A stretch of DNA of 64,000 bases from an uncultured virus (IMG/VR IMGVR_UViG_3300027719_000270). Lineage: Duplodnaviria; Heunggongvirae; Uroviricota; Caudoviricetes. Under the pieces are notes generated by a model. The model had not been told where the DNA came from. It worked only from the letters and a program-made list of their open reading frames with translations, and did not search any database. This document shows positions 1 through 10,149 of this stretch, piece by piece (position 1 is the stretch's first letter; each line of letters starts with the position of its first letter). Location: IMG/VR virus record IMGVR_UViG_3300027719_000270. One strand, written 5' to 3'. The translations under genes were made by a program, and so were the position numbers.

Positions 1-498
1 AAAACCCATGTGGAGATTTCCGACACAGGCAAGGCAAAGGCCAAGGGCGGCAAGGTGCGCAGGTTTATCACAAACGACAATGCGGTGTGCATCGCAAAGA
101 ACCGCTGGGGCTTGCAGGATGAAATAGACGCCAAGTTTGAGGTGTTGGCTCCGTATTTCAACGAAGAAAAAACGCCGCAACCCGTGGCGACGGTCAAGGC
201 GGAAACCCCCAAGCCCGCAGAAAAGCCCGCGGTCGGAAAAGCGGCCACGGAAGAAAAAACCAAAGAAGCCGCCGACACGCGCACGCCGCAGGAAAAGCTC
301 TCAGACATGCTTGCCGCAACGAAATATTCGGAACTGGAGCTGCTCACATACCTCTATGGCAAGAACGCAAAGGCCACGGCCTACATTGAGGCCGGCACGG
401 CGTTTAAGGACATCCCCGCAGGGCTCATAGAAAAAATGACGGAGCCCGCAAACTGGGATAAAATAGAAGCCTCTCTCGAATCAAACCGCAACAAATAA
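1..498 (+). CDS. Phage AAA_24/Sak4-like ATPase, C-terminal part (5' end outside window)
   Basis: Frame open from base 1; 'AKNRWGL' C-terminal motif; precedes an SSB-like gene. Confidence 0.65.
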   Translation, partial: KTHVEISDTGKAKAKGGKVRRFITNDNAVCIAKNRWGLQDEIDAKFEVLAPYFNEEKTPQPVATVKAETPKPAEKPAVGKAATEEKTKEAADTRTPQEKLSDMLAATKYSELELLTYLYGKNAKATAYIEAGTAFKDIPAGLIEKMTEPANWDKIEASLESNRNK

Positions 499-522
499 CC
501 TAACACAGAAAGCATTACAATT

Positions 523-1008
523 ATGGCAAATAATAAAGAAGATAAGACATACAACTGGGATGACGTTGTCGCCCTTGAAGAAAATCAATATAACCTCATG
601 CCCGCCGGTACGGTGGTGGACTTTACCGTTGAAGCTATCGAAAAGAAGCGCAACGCGAAGCTGAACTGCCCGTCAATGGACATCAAGATGAAGTGCGTGA
701 GCGTTGAGTGCGGTTCAACGACCGTTTTTGAAAGCATCAGTTTACACAGCAAGGCGCAGTATTTTATTAACGCCTTTTTTACGGCGATTGGTTTTGCGCC
801 CGGTTGCAATAAGTCAATAGGGCAGATGGCACAGGAAGCCATAGGCCGCACAGGCAAAGCAAAGCTGAAAGTCGACAGTTGGGAAAAGGCCAATCGCGAA
901 GGTAAAGTGGAAACCTATCAGGCAAACAAAATCGACCGCTACCTTAAGCGCGATGAGGGCATGAAGGCCGCCGAAGCTACGGGCGGAGCGGATGACTCAA
1001 TCTTCTAA
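523..1008 (+). CDS. DUF669-like phage single-stranded DNA-binding protein
   Basis: 'LMPAG' N-terminal motif, beta-rich core, acidic/aromatic tail 'DDSIF'; follows the AAA_24 gene. Confidence 0.65.
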   Translation: MANNKEDKTYNWDDVVALEENQYNLMPAGTVVDFTVEAIEKKRNAKLNCPSMDIKMKCVSVECGSTTVFESISLHSKAQYFINAFFTAIGFAPGCNKSIGQMAQEAIGRTGKAKLKVDSWEKANREGKVETYQANKIDRYLKRDEGMKAAEATGGADDSIF

Positions 1009-1021
1009 AAAAGGAAAAAAT

Positions 1022-1804
1022 ATGAGACACATAATATTTGACATAGAAACTGCGGGCTTGCGCGATGAAGCGCTCGCCCTTGCCGAACCTTTCAAGCCTT
1101 TTGAACCCTTGCCGCCTTTTGACCCCAAGGCGGTAAAGGTGGGCAACCTTAAAGACCCCGATAAAATCGCGGCAAAAATACAAGCAGAGGAAGACTCTTA
1201 CCCCGCCCGTTGCAAAGAGCATGAGGCGGCCTATGAAATCGGCAAGATGGAATATGAAGCCAAAATCATCAGCCGTGCCGCCTTGAATGCCCTTAGCGGG
1301 CGCGTGGTTGCCATAGGTGTTATGGAAGACGGCAAAGCGAAAATACTTGAAGCCAAGACCGAAGCCGAGCTTTTACAGGCATTCTGGGCGTATTTCGGCA
1401 CTACCGACAAAAAGTTTGTAGGGTGGAATATCAACGGCTTTGACGTGCCGTTTTTGGTGCGCCGCTCATGGGCGCTCGGCGTAATCGTGCCCAATGTGTT
1501 TAACGGGCGCTATTTGTCTACGCGCTTCATAGACCTTATGGAGGTGTTCGGGTGCGGAGAATACGGCTACCGCGTGAGCCTCGACAACGCCGCAAAGTTC
1601 CTCGGCGTGCCTGGCAAGTTTGAGGGCAACGTGGAGGGCGCAAGCTTTGCCGAGCATTTTGAGGGCGCAGACCCGATTATGCGCAAGCAAGCGGAGGAGT
1701 ATCTGCTTTGCGATCTGCGCGCCACTTGGGCTATTGCCGAGAGGCTTTTGAACATGCCGACACCCGCGCAACCCACAAAAGAAGAAGGCGCGGAGTTTTG
1801 CTAA
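1022..1804 (+). CDS. 3'-5' exonuclease (PolB/DEDD-type exonuclease domain)
   Basis: ExoI 'FDIET', ExoII 'GWNINGFDVPFL', ExoIII 'YLLCD'; ATG at 1022 after AGGA. Confidence 0.85.
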   Translation: MRHIIFDIETAGLRDEALALAEPFKPFEPLPPFDPKAVKVGNLKDPDKIAAKIQAEEDSYPARCKEHEAAYEIGKMEYEAKIISRAALNALSGRVVAIGVMEDGKAKILEAKTEAELLQAFWAYFGTTDKKFVGWNINGFDVPFLVRRSWALGVIVPNVFNGRYLSTRFIDLMEVFGCGEYGYRVSLDNAAKFLGVPGKFEGNVEGASFAEHFEGADPIMRKQAEEYLLCDLRATWAIAERLLNMPTPAQPTKEEGAEFC

Positions 1805-1868
1805 ACAAAAACGCAGGGCGGCGGGCACCTCGACCCCTGCAAAACAATTAAAACCTATAGAAAACAAT

Positions 1869-2036
1869 ATGTCAGACACAGAACATAATACAAACCCAGA
1901 CCTTGACCGTCCGCACTTCGTATTGGAAGACCCTATAAAATATGACCCATACGCTTTACCGCGCCCGAGAGTAGTCAATACAAAAGGCGCGTTTGGACGC
2001 CCCTACAAGGGCGCGAAAATCAGGAGGGCGAAATGA
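1869..2036 (+). CDS. Small hypothetical protein (55 aa, MSDTEHNTNP...RRAK), not in ORF track
   Basis: ATG 1869 to TGA 2036, ATGA overlap with the next gene. Confidence 0.5.
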   Translation: MSDTEHNTNPDLDRPHFVLEDPIKYDPYALPRPRVVNTKGAFGRPYKGAKIRRAK

Positions 2037-2521
2037 GCGAGGAATTAAAACCGTGCCCATGCGGGAAGTCTAATATCCATCTTGGCGGCGTAGAAGTAGA
2101 GGGGCAGTTTTATTACATAGTTCGTTGCCGTGCTTGCGGCCGTGCCGTCTTATCAGAGGCCTCTCTTATAGACGCAATAACAAAATGGGATGAAGGTCTT
2201 AACCGCATAGCGGAGCTTGAGGCGAAGCTTGCGGACGCAACGAAAGATACAAATCGCCTCGATTTTTTAATCGCATTAAGCGGAGAAGAAGGCGATTCGG
2301 AATGGTGGCAAGTCTCGCTCGGTTGGAACAACTACCAAGATTTTGCTTACGTTCGGAACACCTCTGGCGAAATTATCGGAGAGGCAGACGGTAGTGATGA
2401 CGAGAAAATTGGTTTAGAATTTAGCGGCGGAGAAGACGAGGAAAATGACGCCAAATACTATAACCGTCTATATCGTCTAGCCATTGACCGCTCTGCCTGC
2501 GGAGAAGGGGGCGCGAAGTGA
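2033..2521 (+). CDS. Lar-like (restriction alleviation) zinc-finger phage protein
   Basis: 'ELKPCPCG...CRACG' N-terminus followed by 'RIAELEAKL' coil. Confidence 0.6.
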   Translation: MSEELKPCPCGKSNIHLGGVEVEGQFYYIVRCRACGRAVLSEASLIDAITKWDEGLNRIAELEAKLADATKDTNRLDFLIALSGEEGDSEWWQVSLGWNNYQDFAYVRNTSGEIIGEADGSDDEKIGLEFSGGEDEENDAKYYNRLYRLAIDRSACGEGGAK

Positions 2522-4326
2522 TTAACCCGCAATTTAACTTATCCTTGCATGACGAGATTGTCATAGACAATTTCGCGGGCGGGGGCGGCGCGTCAACGGG
2601 GATTGAGCGCGCACTTGGACGTTGCGTTGATGAGGCGTTGAACCATGACCCTAAGGCGCTTGCCATGCACCGCATGAACCATCCGCAGACTGTACACCAT
2701 TGCGAAGATATACGCATGGCAGACCCTGTTAAAATTGCGGATGGCCGCCCCGTCGGGCTTGTTTGGTTTTCGCCTGATTGCAAGCACTTTTCAAAAGCCA
2801 AGGGCGGCAAACCGCGCGATAAGAACATACGCGGCCTTGCATGGGTTGTCATCAGGTGGGTCAACAAAGTTGCCCCCCGTATATTAATTTTGGAAAACGT
2901 CGAAGAGTTCCAGACTTGGGGACCTTTAGAAAAAGACGGCAATCTTAAAAAGGCCTTAAGCGGTTGGTTTTTTAAATGTTTTGTGGGCGCGCTGCGCAGA
3001 CGCGGCTATGCCGTTGAATATAGAGAGCTACGCGCTTGCGACTATGGCGCGCCGACAATCCGCAAACGCTTCTTTTTAATTGCACGCCGAGATGGGCGGC
3101 CTATCACGTGGCCTTTGCCTACACATGGCGAAGGGCGCGTATGTTCTTATCGCGCGGTCGCAGAATGTTTGGATTTTACCTTACCTGCACCGTCGATATT
3201 TTTAAACCGCGAAGAAGGGCGCGCCGTAAGCGCCAAGAGGCCGCTTGCGCCCGCAACCATGCAGCGCGTGGCTAAAGGTATTGAAAAGTTTGTGCTTAAA
3301 GATGGTGCGCCTTTTATCGTATGCCTTACCCATCAAGGCGGCGCTAGAGTTGAGAGCGTAGACATACCTGCAAAAACAATTACTGCCGCGCACCGTGGCG
3401 AAAAAGCCTTTGTGCAACCGCGCTTTGCGTGTCTTACACGCTACAATGTCGGCGCGGTAGGTTGCGACGTTAAGCAGCCTATCAACACAATTTCCGCGCG
3501 TGCCGGCAAAGGCCGCACAGGGGGGAACGGGTTTGGGCTTGTTGAATGCAAAGCCGCTTTTACCTCTTACGGACAGCATGGCGGGCATAACCGCCCCGCC
3601 GCCGAACCCTGTCATACTATTTGCGCAAACCGCAAAGACACAAATCAGGCGGTTGAATGCAAACTTGCAGCCCCTAGCATTGTAAAGCTGCGCGGCACAA
3701 ATATAGGACAAAGCTCAAAGACCCCATTGCATACCATAACCGCAAGCGGGGCACATCACGGAGTTATTGCGTGTTATGTCGCTCAACAAAACTTGGGAGC
3801 AGTCGGCAGGAAGGGTGGAGCACCGTTAAGCACTTTAACGCAATCGGGCAGTCAACAACAGTTAATCTCTTGCGCCTTAGTGCCGTATTATGGCAGCGAG
3901 ACGGACGGACAGAGTATAAAGAGCCCGTGCCGCACAGTTACAACAAAAGACCGCTTTGCGTGTGCGCAAACAGTTTTTGAGGTAGAGCCGCTTACGCCCG
4001 AAATTGCCGTAAAGGCGCGCGCGGTTGCGGCATGGCTGCGCGGATATGGCGTAAAGATTGACGGGGAGTTTGCCCAGGTTGGCGAGCTTGTAATTTACGA
4101 TGTGGGGTTGCGTATGCTCACGCCCAGAGAGTGCTATTTGGCGCAAGGCTTCCCGTCTGACTATATAATAGACAGGGGCATTACCTGCGACGAACCGCAC
4201 CAAGTAATTGCCCTGAACCGTGCCGAACAAATGAGAATGTGCGGGAATTCCGTCTGCCCGCCGCTCTCTCAAGCCCTTGTAAGGGCAAACTTTGTTGAAG
4301 TGAATGAAGAAAGGAAAGCGATATGA
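2518..4326 (+). CDS. DNA (cytosine-5) methyltransferase, long phage type
   Basis: Motif I 'DNFAGGGG', catalytic 'SPDCKHFS', 'ENV', 'RKRFF', motif X 'GNSVCP'; repeated 'P..TI/VT' units in the variable region. Confidence 0.92.
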   Translation: MINPQFNLSLHDEIVIDNFAGGGGASTGIERALGRCVDEALNHDPKALAMHRMNHPQTVHHCEDIRMADPVKIADGRPVGLVWFSPDCKHFSKAKGGKPRDKNIRGLAWVVIRWVNKVAPRILILENVEEFQTWGPLEKDGNLKKALSGWFFKCFVGALRRRGYAVEYRELRACDYGAPTIRKRFFLIARRDGRPITWPLPTHGEGRVCSYRAVAECLDFTLPAPSIFLNREEGRAVSAKRPLAPATMQRVAKGIEKFVLKDGAPFIVCLTHQGGARVESVDIPAKTITAAHRGEKAFVQPRFACLTRYNVGAVGCDVKQPINTISARAGKGRTGGNGFGLVECKAAFTSYGQHGGHNRPAAEPCHTICANRKDTNQAVECKLAAPSIVKLRGTNIGQSSKTPLHTITASGAHHGVIACYVAQQNLGAVGRKGGAPLSTLTQSGSQQQLISCALVPYYGSETDGQSIKSPCRTVTTKDRFACAQTVFEVEPLTPEIAVKARAVAAWLRGYGVKIDGEFAQVGELVIYDVGLRMLTPRECYLAQGFPSDYIIDRGITCDEPHQVIALNRAEQMRMCGNSVCPPLSQALVRANFVEVNEERKAI

Positions 4327-4688
4327 CACTAAATTTTACAGTCTTTGTTGATAAAGTTCTCGACGGGACAAAGCGCCAAACAATACGCAAGTTACGCAAA
4401 GGGAAAAGGCAAATTAGGCAGGGAGACAAGCTCACATTGTATACGGGGCAAAGAACGCCCGGATGTATGCTGTTGAGAGAAACCGTCTGCACGGGCGTCT
4501 CGGAAATCGCGATCTGGGGCGATGGAGAGGACTATCGCGTATTTGTAGACGGGAAACAGTTATTTGCCGCCGAGGTTGAGGCTTTGGCAAAAGCCGATGG
4601 TTTTTCAAACGCCTGCAATTTCTTGACATTCTTCAACGAAAAATACGGGCGGCCATTTACCGGCGTAATAATAAAGTGGAAAGATTAA
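4323..4688 (+). CDS. ASCH/PUA-like domain protein
   Basis: 'LDGTKRQTIR' ASCH motif and 'LAKADGF'. Confidence 0.75.
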   Translation: MTLNFTVFVDKVLDGTKRQTIRKLRKGKRQIRQGDKLTLYTGQRTPGCMLLRETVCTGVSEIAIWGDGEDYRVFVDGKQLFAAEVEALAKADGFSNACNFLTFFNEKYGRPFTGVIIKWKD

Positions 4689-4690
4689 AT

Positions 4691-4858
4691 ATGACCGCAT
4701 CTCAACTGTTCCCGACTGTTTTAATCGTTTTAGACGTGTGCGCGGGGTTGGTCTATCTGGTGGCGGATAAAGACCTCCGCCTTTGCCTCTACTGGCTCGC
4801 CGCCGCCGCCCTCACTTTTGCAGTAACATTTAAAGACTTGAAGATATGGAAGCTATGA
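4691..4858 (+). CDS. Small two-TM phage membrane protein
   Basis: Two hydrophobic segments; 'YWLAAAALTFAVTF'. Confidence 0.55.
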   Translation: MTASQLFPTVLIVLDVCAGLVYLVADKDLRLCLYWLAAAALTFAVTFKDLKIWKL

Positions 4859-5280
4859 ATGAAATTAGTTTTACAATAGATATGCTGCCGCCCACGGCAA
4901 CAGCGCAACAAAAGGGCGCGTTTATTTGTGGCGGCAAGATTCGTTTTTTTAAAAAGAAGAAAGTTAAGGATGCCGAAGATACACTTACGGCTCTCTTTTA
5001 CAAACATAAGCCATGCGCGCCTATGCAGGGGGGCTTGAAGCTATCGGTAAAGTGGTTTTACCCATACCGTAAGAGCGAAAAAAAGAGCATTACAAAGACG
5101 GGGTCTATCGTTCCGCACATTACGCGCCCCGACTTAGACAACCTTGAAAAAAGTCTGATTGACGTGCTTACGCGCTTACAGTTTTGGCAGGATGACAGCC
5201 AAGTTTGCGTAAAAGAAACCTCAAAATTTTGGGCTCCGACGGGTAAAATTTCTATTAAAATAGAAAGAGTTGACGTGTAA
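4855..5280 (+). CDS. rusA: RusA-family Holliday junction resolvase
   Basis: 'RPDLDNLEKSLIDVL...WQDDSQV' RusA signature. Confidence 0.9.
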   Translation: MNEISFTIDMLPPTATAQQKGAFICGGKIRFFKKKKVKDAEDTLTALFYKHKPCAPMQGGLKLSVKWFYPYRKSEKKSITKTGSIVPHITRPDLDNLEKSLIDVLTRLQFWQDDSQVCVKETSKFWAPTGKISIKIERVDV

Positions 5281-5285
5281 AAGAC

Positions 5286-6845
5286 ATGAAACTTAGACCC
5301 TATCAAGAGCAATCGGTAGACGCGATTTTTGCCGCGTGGAAGGAGTTTAAACGCACTTTGCTGGTGTTGCCTACCGGCACGGGCAAGACCGTGGTATTCT
5401 CAAATGTTGCGGCGCAATGCGCGCAGCGGGAGCGCGTGTTGATACTGGCGCACAGGGATGAGCTTATACGACAAGCCGCCGACAAGTTGAACCGCGCTTG
5501 CGGCCTTGACTGTGCCATAGAAAAGGCCGAAGAAACAGCCCTGGGGAGCTATTTTAACATCACGTGCGGCAGCGTGCAAACCCTCATGCGACAAAGCCGC
5601 TTGGAACGTTTTGCGCGCGATTATTACGGCACAATAATAATAGACGAGGCACATCATGCTTTGAGCAGCTCTTATCAAAATATTTTAGACTACTGGAACG
5701 GCGCAAAGGTGCTTGGCGTTACTGCAACCCCCGACAGGGGAGACAAGAAGAACCTCGGCGCGGTATTTGAGAGCATAGCATTTGAATATTCAATGCGCGC
5801 GGCAATACAAGACGGCTACCTAAGCAAAATCGTCTGCGAGACCATACCGCTTAAAATCGACTTGGGGAACGTCCATGTAAAAGCGGGGGATTATGACGCC
5901 GGAGAGCTGGGCACGGCTTTGGAGCCATATTTGGAAAGCATAGCGGCAAAGATACCCCAAGACAGAAAGACGCTGATATTTTTGCCGCTGATAGCGACGT
6001 CTGAGCGCATGACGGAGTTGCTTAAAGCCCGCGGCCTACGCGCCGAGCATATCGACGGCAAAAGCGAAGACCGGCGCGAGATTTTAAAACGATTTGAACG
6101 CGGAGACATTGACGTGCTTTGCAACTCAATGCTTTTGACGGAGGGCTTTGATGAGCCGAGCATTGACTGCGTGGTGTGCCTACGCCCCACAAAGAGCAGG
6201 GCGCTTTACACTCAAATAATAGGGCGCGGAACAAGACCCCTTGCCGGCAAAGAGAATTTATTGGTTTTGGACTTCTTGTGGCACAGCGCAAAACATGACC
6301 TTTGCCATGCTGCGCACCTGATTGCGCCTAAGGCCGAGACAGCCGTCAAGATGCGCGAAATCTCAGAGCAAAAGGGTTGCGGCGCGCAAATGGAGCTGCT
6401 TGAGCTTGAGGAAAGCGCAAATAACGAAATACGAACTCAGCGTGAAAGCGCCCTTGCGGACAGGTTTAAAAACCTCTCCACCAAAAACGGCAGGCTGCTT
6501 GATCCGCTACAATACGCCCTGAGTGTGCATGACGACGATTTGCAGGATTATGAACCCGAGATGCCGTGGGAGCTTGCGCCGGCATCTGCCGCGCAAATAG
6601 CCCTGCTTGAGAAGAACGGCTTTGACGCAAGCACCATCCCTAACAAGGGCTATGCGTGCAAGATTTTAGACCGCATGACGCAAAGGCGAGAAGCGGGACT
6701 ATGCACCCCCAAACAGATGAAAATTTTGCAGCCCTACGGCTACAAGGATGTGGGCAACTGGAGCTTTGACGCTGCGAGTGCCGCCATAGGCGCCATAGCC
6801 GCAAACGGGTGGAGAAGGCCTTATTATAAAACCGTAAGCTTTTAA
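5286..6845 (+). CDS. SF2 (DEAD/DEAH-box) helicase
   Basis: 'LRPYQ', Walker A 'PTGTGKT', 'DEAHH', 'TATP', 'QIIGRGTR'. Confidence 0.93.
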   Translation: MKLRPYQEQSVDAIFAAWKEFKRTLLVLPTGTGKTVVFSNVAAQCAQRERVLILAHRDELIRQAADKLNRACGLDCAIEKAEETALGSYFNITCGSVQTLMRQSRLERFARDYYGTIIIDEAHHALSSSYQNILDYWNGAKVLGVTATPDRGDKKNLGAVFESIAFEYSMRAAIQDGYLSKIVCETIPLKIDLGNVHVKAGDYDAGELGTALEPYLESIAAKIPQDRKTLIFLPLIATSERMTELLKARGLRAEHIDGKSEDRREILKRFERGDIDVLCNSMLLTEGFDEPSIDCVVCLRPTKSRALYTQIIGRGTRPLAGKENLLVLDFLWHSAKHDLCHAAHLIAPKAETAVKMREISEQKGCGAQMELLELEESANNEIRTQRESALADRFKNLSTKNGRLLDPLQYALSVHDDDLQDYEPEMPWELAPASAAQIALLEKNGFDASTIPNKGYACKILDRMTQRREAGLCTPKQMKILQPYGYKDVGNWSFDAASAAIGAIAANGWRRPYYKTVSF

Positions 6846-6848
6846 TTT

Positions 6849-8840
6849 ATGACAAGCGAAAATTTAGATTTAATAAAAGAAATCCTCCCGCGCCTGTCGG
6901 CGAGCCGTGCAGACGCTTATGAAGATTGGCTTGCCGTCGGGATGGCGCTATTTCATGGCGGGGCCGATTGCGCGGTATGGGACGAATGGAGCCGCCAAAG
7001 CCCAAAATATAAAGCGGGGGCGTGTGAAGCGAAGTGGAAGACCTTTGCTTCCGCGGGCTCAACCCTCGGCATGGGGAGCCTTGTGGAATGGGCGAGGGCG
7101 GACGGCTTTGACCCATACGCGGGGCAAGCCTATGATTGGGGCGACGTGATTGTCCTTGCGGGCGACACCGCGCCCAAAATCGCCGCGATATTCGGCAACA
7201 CGGATTTAATACGCTACTTAAAGGCGGTCTTTAAAGACGGCGAAAACGTCAACTATGTTGTCGACGCTTATGAGCGCGAAGGCAAATGGCTGCCCGCCTC
7301 AAAAGGCGTTACGCGCAACGTGGCGGAGCTTGTGGGCGACTTGCAAAAGTATGAGGACATAACCTACGCTTTGGGCGACTATAAAAAGGAGGCGGGCGCG
7401 TGGATACGCTTTAACCCCGTCAAGGACGGCGGCGGCTCAAAGAATGAAGATGTTTTAGATTTGCGCCATTGCTTGGTCGAATCTGACGGCATGGACATTG
7501 AAGCGCAACTCGCCACCATACGCCGCTTGCGTTTGCCCTGTGCGGCCATAGTCAACAGCGGCGGAAAGTCTGTTCACGCCATTGTCAAAATTGACGCGGG
7601 CGAAGATTTAAAGCTCTATAAAGAGCGTGTGGCGTATCTCTTCGGGGCATTGGAGCGCGAAAAGTTTATCGTAGACAAGGCTTGTAAAAACCCGAGCAGA
7701 TTATCGCGGTTGCCCGGCGTAACGCGCGGAGGTCGCAAACAGTTTTTAATATCTACAAATGAAGGCTGCGCGTCTTGGGCGGACTGGGAGGCGGAAATCA
7801 AGGCAAACGATTTTGACTTTACGAAGCTTACCTTTGAAGACCTTATCAATACGCCGCCTGAGGACAAATCGGACAATTTATTGGGCGATCGCTTTTTGAC
7901 GCGTGAGGGGTCTTGGCTTATCGTAGCGCAGTCCGGCGTGGGGAAAAGCGTGCTTGCAATGCAAATGGCGGTGCTCTTTGCGCTTGGCCGCGATTTGTGG
8001 GGCTTAAAGCCCGTCAAGCCGCTTAAAGTGGCAATCATCCAGGCTGAAAATAACAAGCTCGATTTGGTCGAACCCCTGCGCTCCATTTGTGAAAATTTAG
8101 AGCTCACAAAGGCCGACGAAAAGATATTACAGGGGAATTTCTCCGTGTATCCGAACAGCTCTGAATGCGGCAAAAACTTCGGGCGCTTGCTCGAGAGAGT
8201 CGCAAAAGATTTACACCCCGACATTGTTATCGTTGACCCGTTACTTTCTTATATAGGCGGAGACATTTCTAAGCAGGATGTGTGCTCGGCATTCTTACGC
8301 AATACCGTGCATCCCATCATACAGCGCTACCAAATGGGGCTTATCATCATGCACCATACGGGCAAGCCCAGGGGCAAGGATGAGGAGGCCTCCGGCAACG
8401 CCCTTAGCTATGCCGGCACAGGTTCAAGTGAGCTCACCAATTATGTGCGTGCGGCCTCGACCATTTTTCAAAACAAGGACAATGAAAAGGTCTATGATTT
8501 TACATATTCAAAGCGCGGAAAGCGCGCCGAATGTAACCCCACTATATACCTGAAGCAGGGCGAAAACGGCGCAATTTTTTGGGATAAGGCGGATAAGCCG
8601 GATGCCCCCATAGACGTCAAAAAGCGCCGTCCAAGTAAGTATGACGGGCAAGGATGGGAAAGCCTACCCCCATGTGATTATGACGCCCTTATCGCTCAGA
8701 TAAAAGACATCTGCGGCGGGGCCTTAGGCGAAGATATTACTGATAAAAAAGCCGACAACATTCGTCGAGTTTTGCTTGATAACGGTAAGTTGATTTTAGA
8801 CAGAGACACAAAAAAATATCAAGGAGCTCTATCATGGTAA
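6849..8840 (+). CDS. Primase-helicase (PriCT-2-like + primase + AAA_25 RecA-like helicase)
   Basis: 'YEDWLAVGMAL...WDEWS' PriCT-2; 'SGGKSVH', 'NPSRLSRLPG'; Walker A 'AQSGVGKS', 'IVIVDP', 'MHHTGK'. Confidence 0.85.
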   Translation: MTSENLDLIKEILPRLSASRADAYEDWLAVGMALFHGGADCAVWDEWSRQSPKYKAGACEAKWKTFASAGSTLGMGSLVEWARADGFDPYAGQAYDWGDVIVLAGDTAPKIAAIFGNTDLIRYLKAVFKDGENVNYVVDAYEREGKWLPASKGVTRNVAELVGDLQKYEDITYALGDYKKEAGAWIRFNPVKDGGGSKNEDVLDLRHCLVESDGMDIEAQLATIRRLRLPCAAIVNSGGKSVHAIVKIDAGEDLKLYKERVAYLFGALEREKFIVDKACKNPSRLSRLPGVTRGGRKQFLISTNEGCASWADWEAEIKANDFDFTKLTFEDLINTPPEDKSDNLLGDRFLTREGSWLIVAQSGVGKSVLAMQMAVLFALGRDLWGLKPVKPLKVAIIQAENNKLDLVEPLRSICENLELTKADEKILQGNFSVYPNSSECGKNFGRLLERVAKDLHPDIVIVDPLLSYIGGDISKQDVCSAFLRNTVHPIIQRYQMGLIIMHHTGKPRGKDEEASGNALSYAGTGSSELTNYVRAASTIFQNKDNEKVYDFTYSKRGKRAECNPTIYLKQGENGAIFWDKADKPDAPIDVKKRRPSKYDGQGWESLPPCDYDALIAQIKDICGGALGEDITDKKADNIRRVLLDNGKLILDRDTKKYQGALSW

Positions 8841-8852
8841 GCGCAAAAACCT

Positions 8853-9292
8853 CCGGATGTTTAGACCAAAATTCTGGCATCCAAAATGAAAAAATGGCAT
8901 CCAAACCCGCATGGTTAAGCGTTTGGATGTTTGGGTTTGCCTCAACCATGCGGGTTTGCGGGCATTTGGATGTTAAAATTGGTTTTGGATGCCAGCCCAA
9001 ACATCCAAAAGTTTGGATGTCTAACGCTAACATCCAAAAATCGGGAAGACATCCAACCCTTTATTCATGCGGGTTTCTGACATCCAAAAATAAACATCCA
9101 AAACATCCTCACGCGTATGCGCGTATGCGTGCGCGTATTTACATGGATATTATATATCCCGTAGGGATATATATAATATCCAACGTAAATAGTTTGGATG
9201 TTAAGGTAAACATCCGGAGATTTCTTGGCTCTGGATGTTTGGTTAACGCTTCGCGCTACACCCTGCGGGTGCGCTCGCTACCAAACATCCAC
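8853..9292. repeat. Iteron cluster, putative phage replication origin
   Basis: About 17 CATCC/GGATG cores (mostly ACATCCAA/TTGGATGT) in both orientations plus an AT-rich palindrome, immediately after the primase-helicase gene. Confidence 0.7.
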
Positions 9293-9567
9293 GCCAAAGT
9301 AAGAGGCTTAAGAATCGCCCTTAAACGCATTTCAATGCTCCAAGGGGTAGTTGGATATGCCCTAATGCATTTTAAACCCACAGAAGGCGAAATAAGCCAT
9401 GTAGAAACGCGATTAGGGGGTGGGCCTAACGTCGGGTTTAAAGGAATCTATTTGAAGGTAATCGCGAAGCAGGTGCCGCGCAGGAGGCGTTTTTTGTTAT
9501 GTGAGGCAAAAAAGTTTTTGTTTCACGCGAACACAAGAGCGGTTGAATAAAAAGTTGAGGAATTACA

Positions 9568-10149
9568 ATGAAGAAAATGAAATCAAAAAAAGCTGCGGGG
9601 CCAGATAAAGTTAAAACTACGGCAAAGAAGCCCTCTATGCATGCCGTCATCTCTACCGCAAAAAACCAAACGGAACTTGCCGCGACCTTGGGATGTGAAC
9701 GTATAACGATACGCAGATGGCGTGAAGAGCACAAGGATTTCCCCAAGCCGCGCGCAAACGGGCGGTGGGATATTGAAGCCGTCAAGAAGTGGGCCCTAGA
9801 AAACGGCAAGCTTATCGGTTCGGGAAGACAGGAACCCGCCGACCTTACTGCCGGCACCGATGAAGGCGAAACGTTTTCGGACTTGCGCAAGAAAGAGCTC
9901 AGAGTGTCGCTCGAACTGCGCGAACTTGAATTACGCAAGGTTAAGGCCGAGCTTGTTGAAATGTCGGAGGCGAAGCGCATCTGCCTTGAGATTTTATCCC
10001 CGCTTGGCCGCCGCATAAAGGACATGGCCGCGAACATCGCCCTTAAGGTCAACCCGCAAGACCCCACGCACGCCAAGGCCGAGCTTAAGGTATGGTCAAA
10101 CGAAACCCTCAATCAAATTCAAGAGATATGCGAAAAGCTCAAAAAGTAG
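9568..10149 (+). CDS. Terminase small subunit (Nu1-like, N-terminal HTH)
   Basis: HTH 'QTELAATLGCERITIRRW', coil 'ELRELELRKVKAELVE'; directly upstream of the large terminase. Confidence 0.8.
   Translation: MKKMKSKKAAGPDKVKTTAKKPSMHAVISTAKNQTELAATLGCERITIRRWREEHKDFPKPRANGRWDIEAVKKWALENGKLIGSGRQEPADLTAGTDEGETFSDLRKKELRVSLELRELELRKVKAELVEMSEAKRICLEILSPLGRRIKDMAANIALKVNPQDPTHAKAELKVWSNETLNQIQEICEKLKK

Noticed and set aside
2518..4326. Methyltransferase as part of a restriction-modification system
   Set aside because: No adjacent endonuclease; orphan methylases with these repeats are common in prophages. The same applies to the Dam gene at 54787-55593.
8853..9292. Repeat cluster as a CRISPR array or FokI-site decoy
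   Set aside because: Repeats are 5-9 bp, in both orientations and irregularly spaced, with no cas genes. GGATG matches the FokI site, but nothing else supports that link.
8834..9550. 238-aa ORF after the primase-helicase
   Set aside because: Its repetitive HPK/WM content is simply the translation of the CATCC/GGATG repeats; more likely origin/packaging DNA than a gene.
9430..9560. Exact cos site upstream of the small terminase
   Set aside because: Expected here by analogy with lambda, but I cannot identify the cut site from sequence alone.
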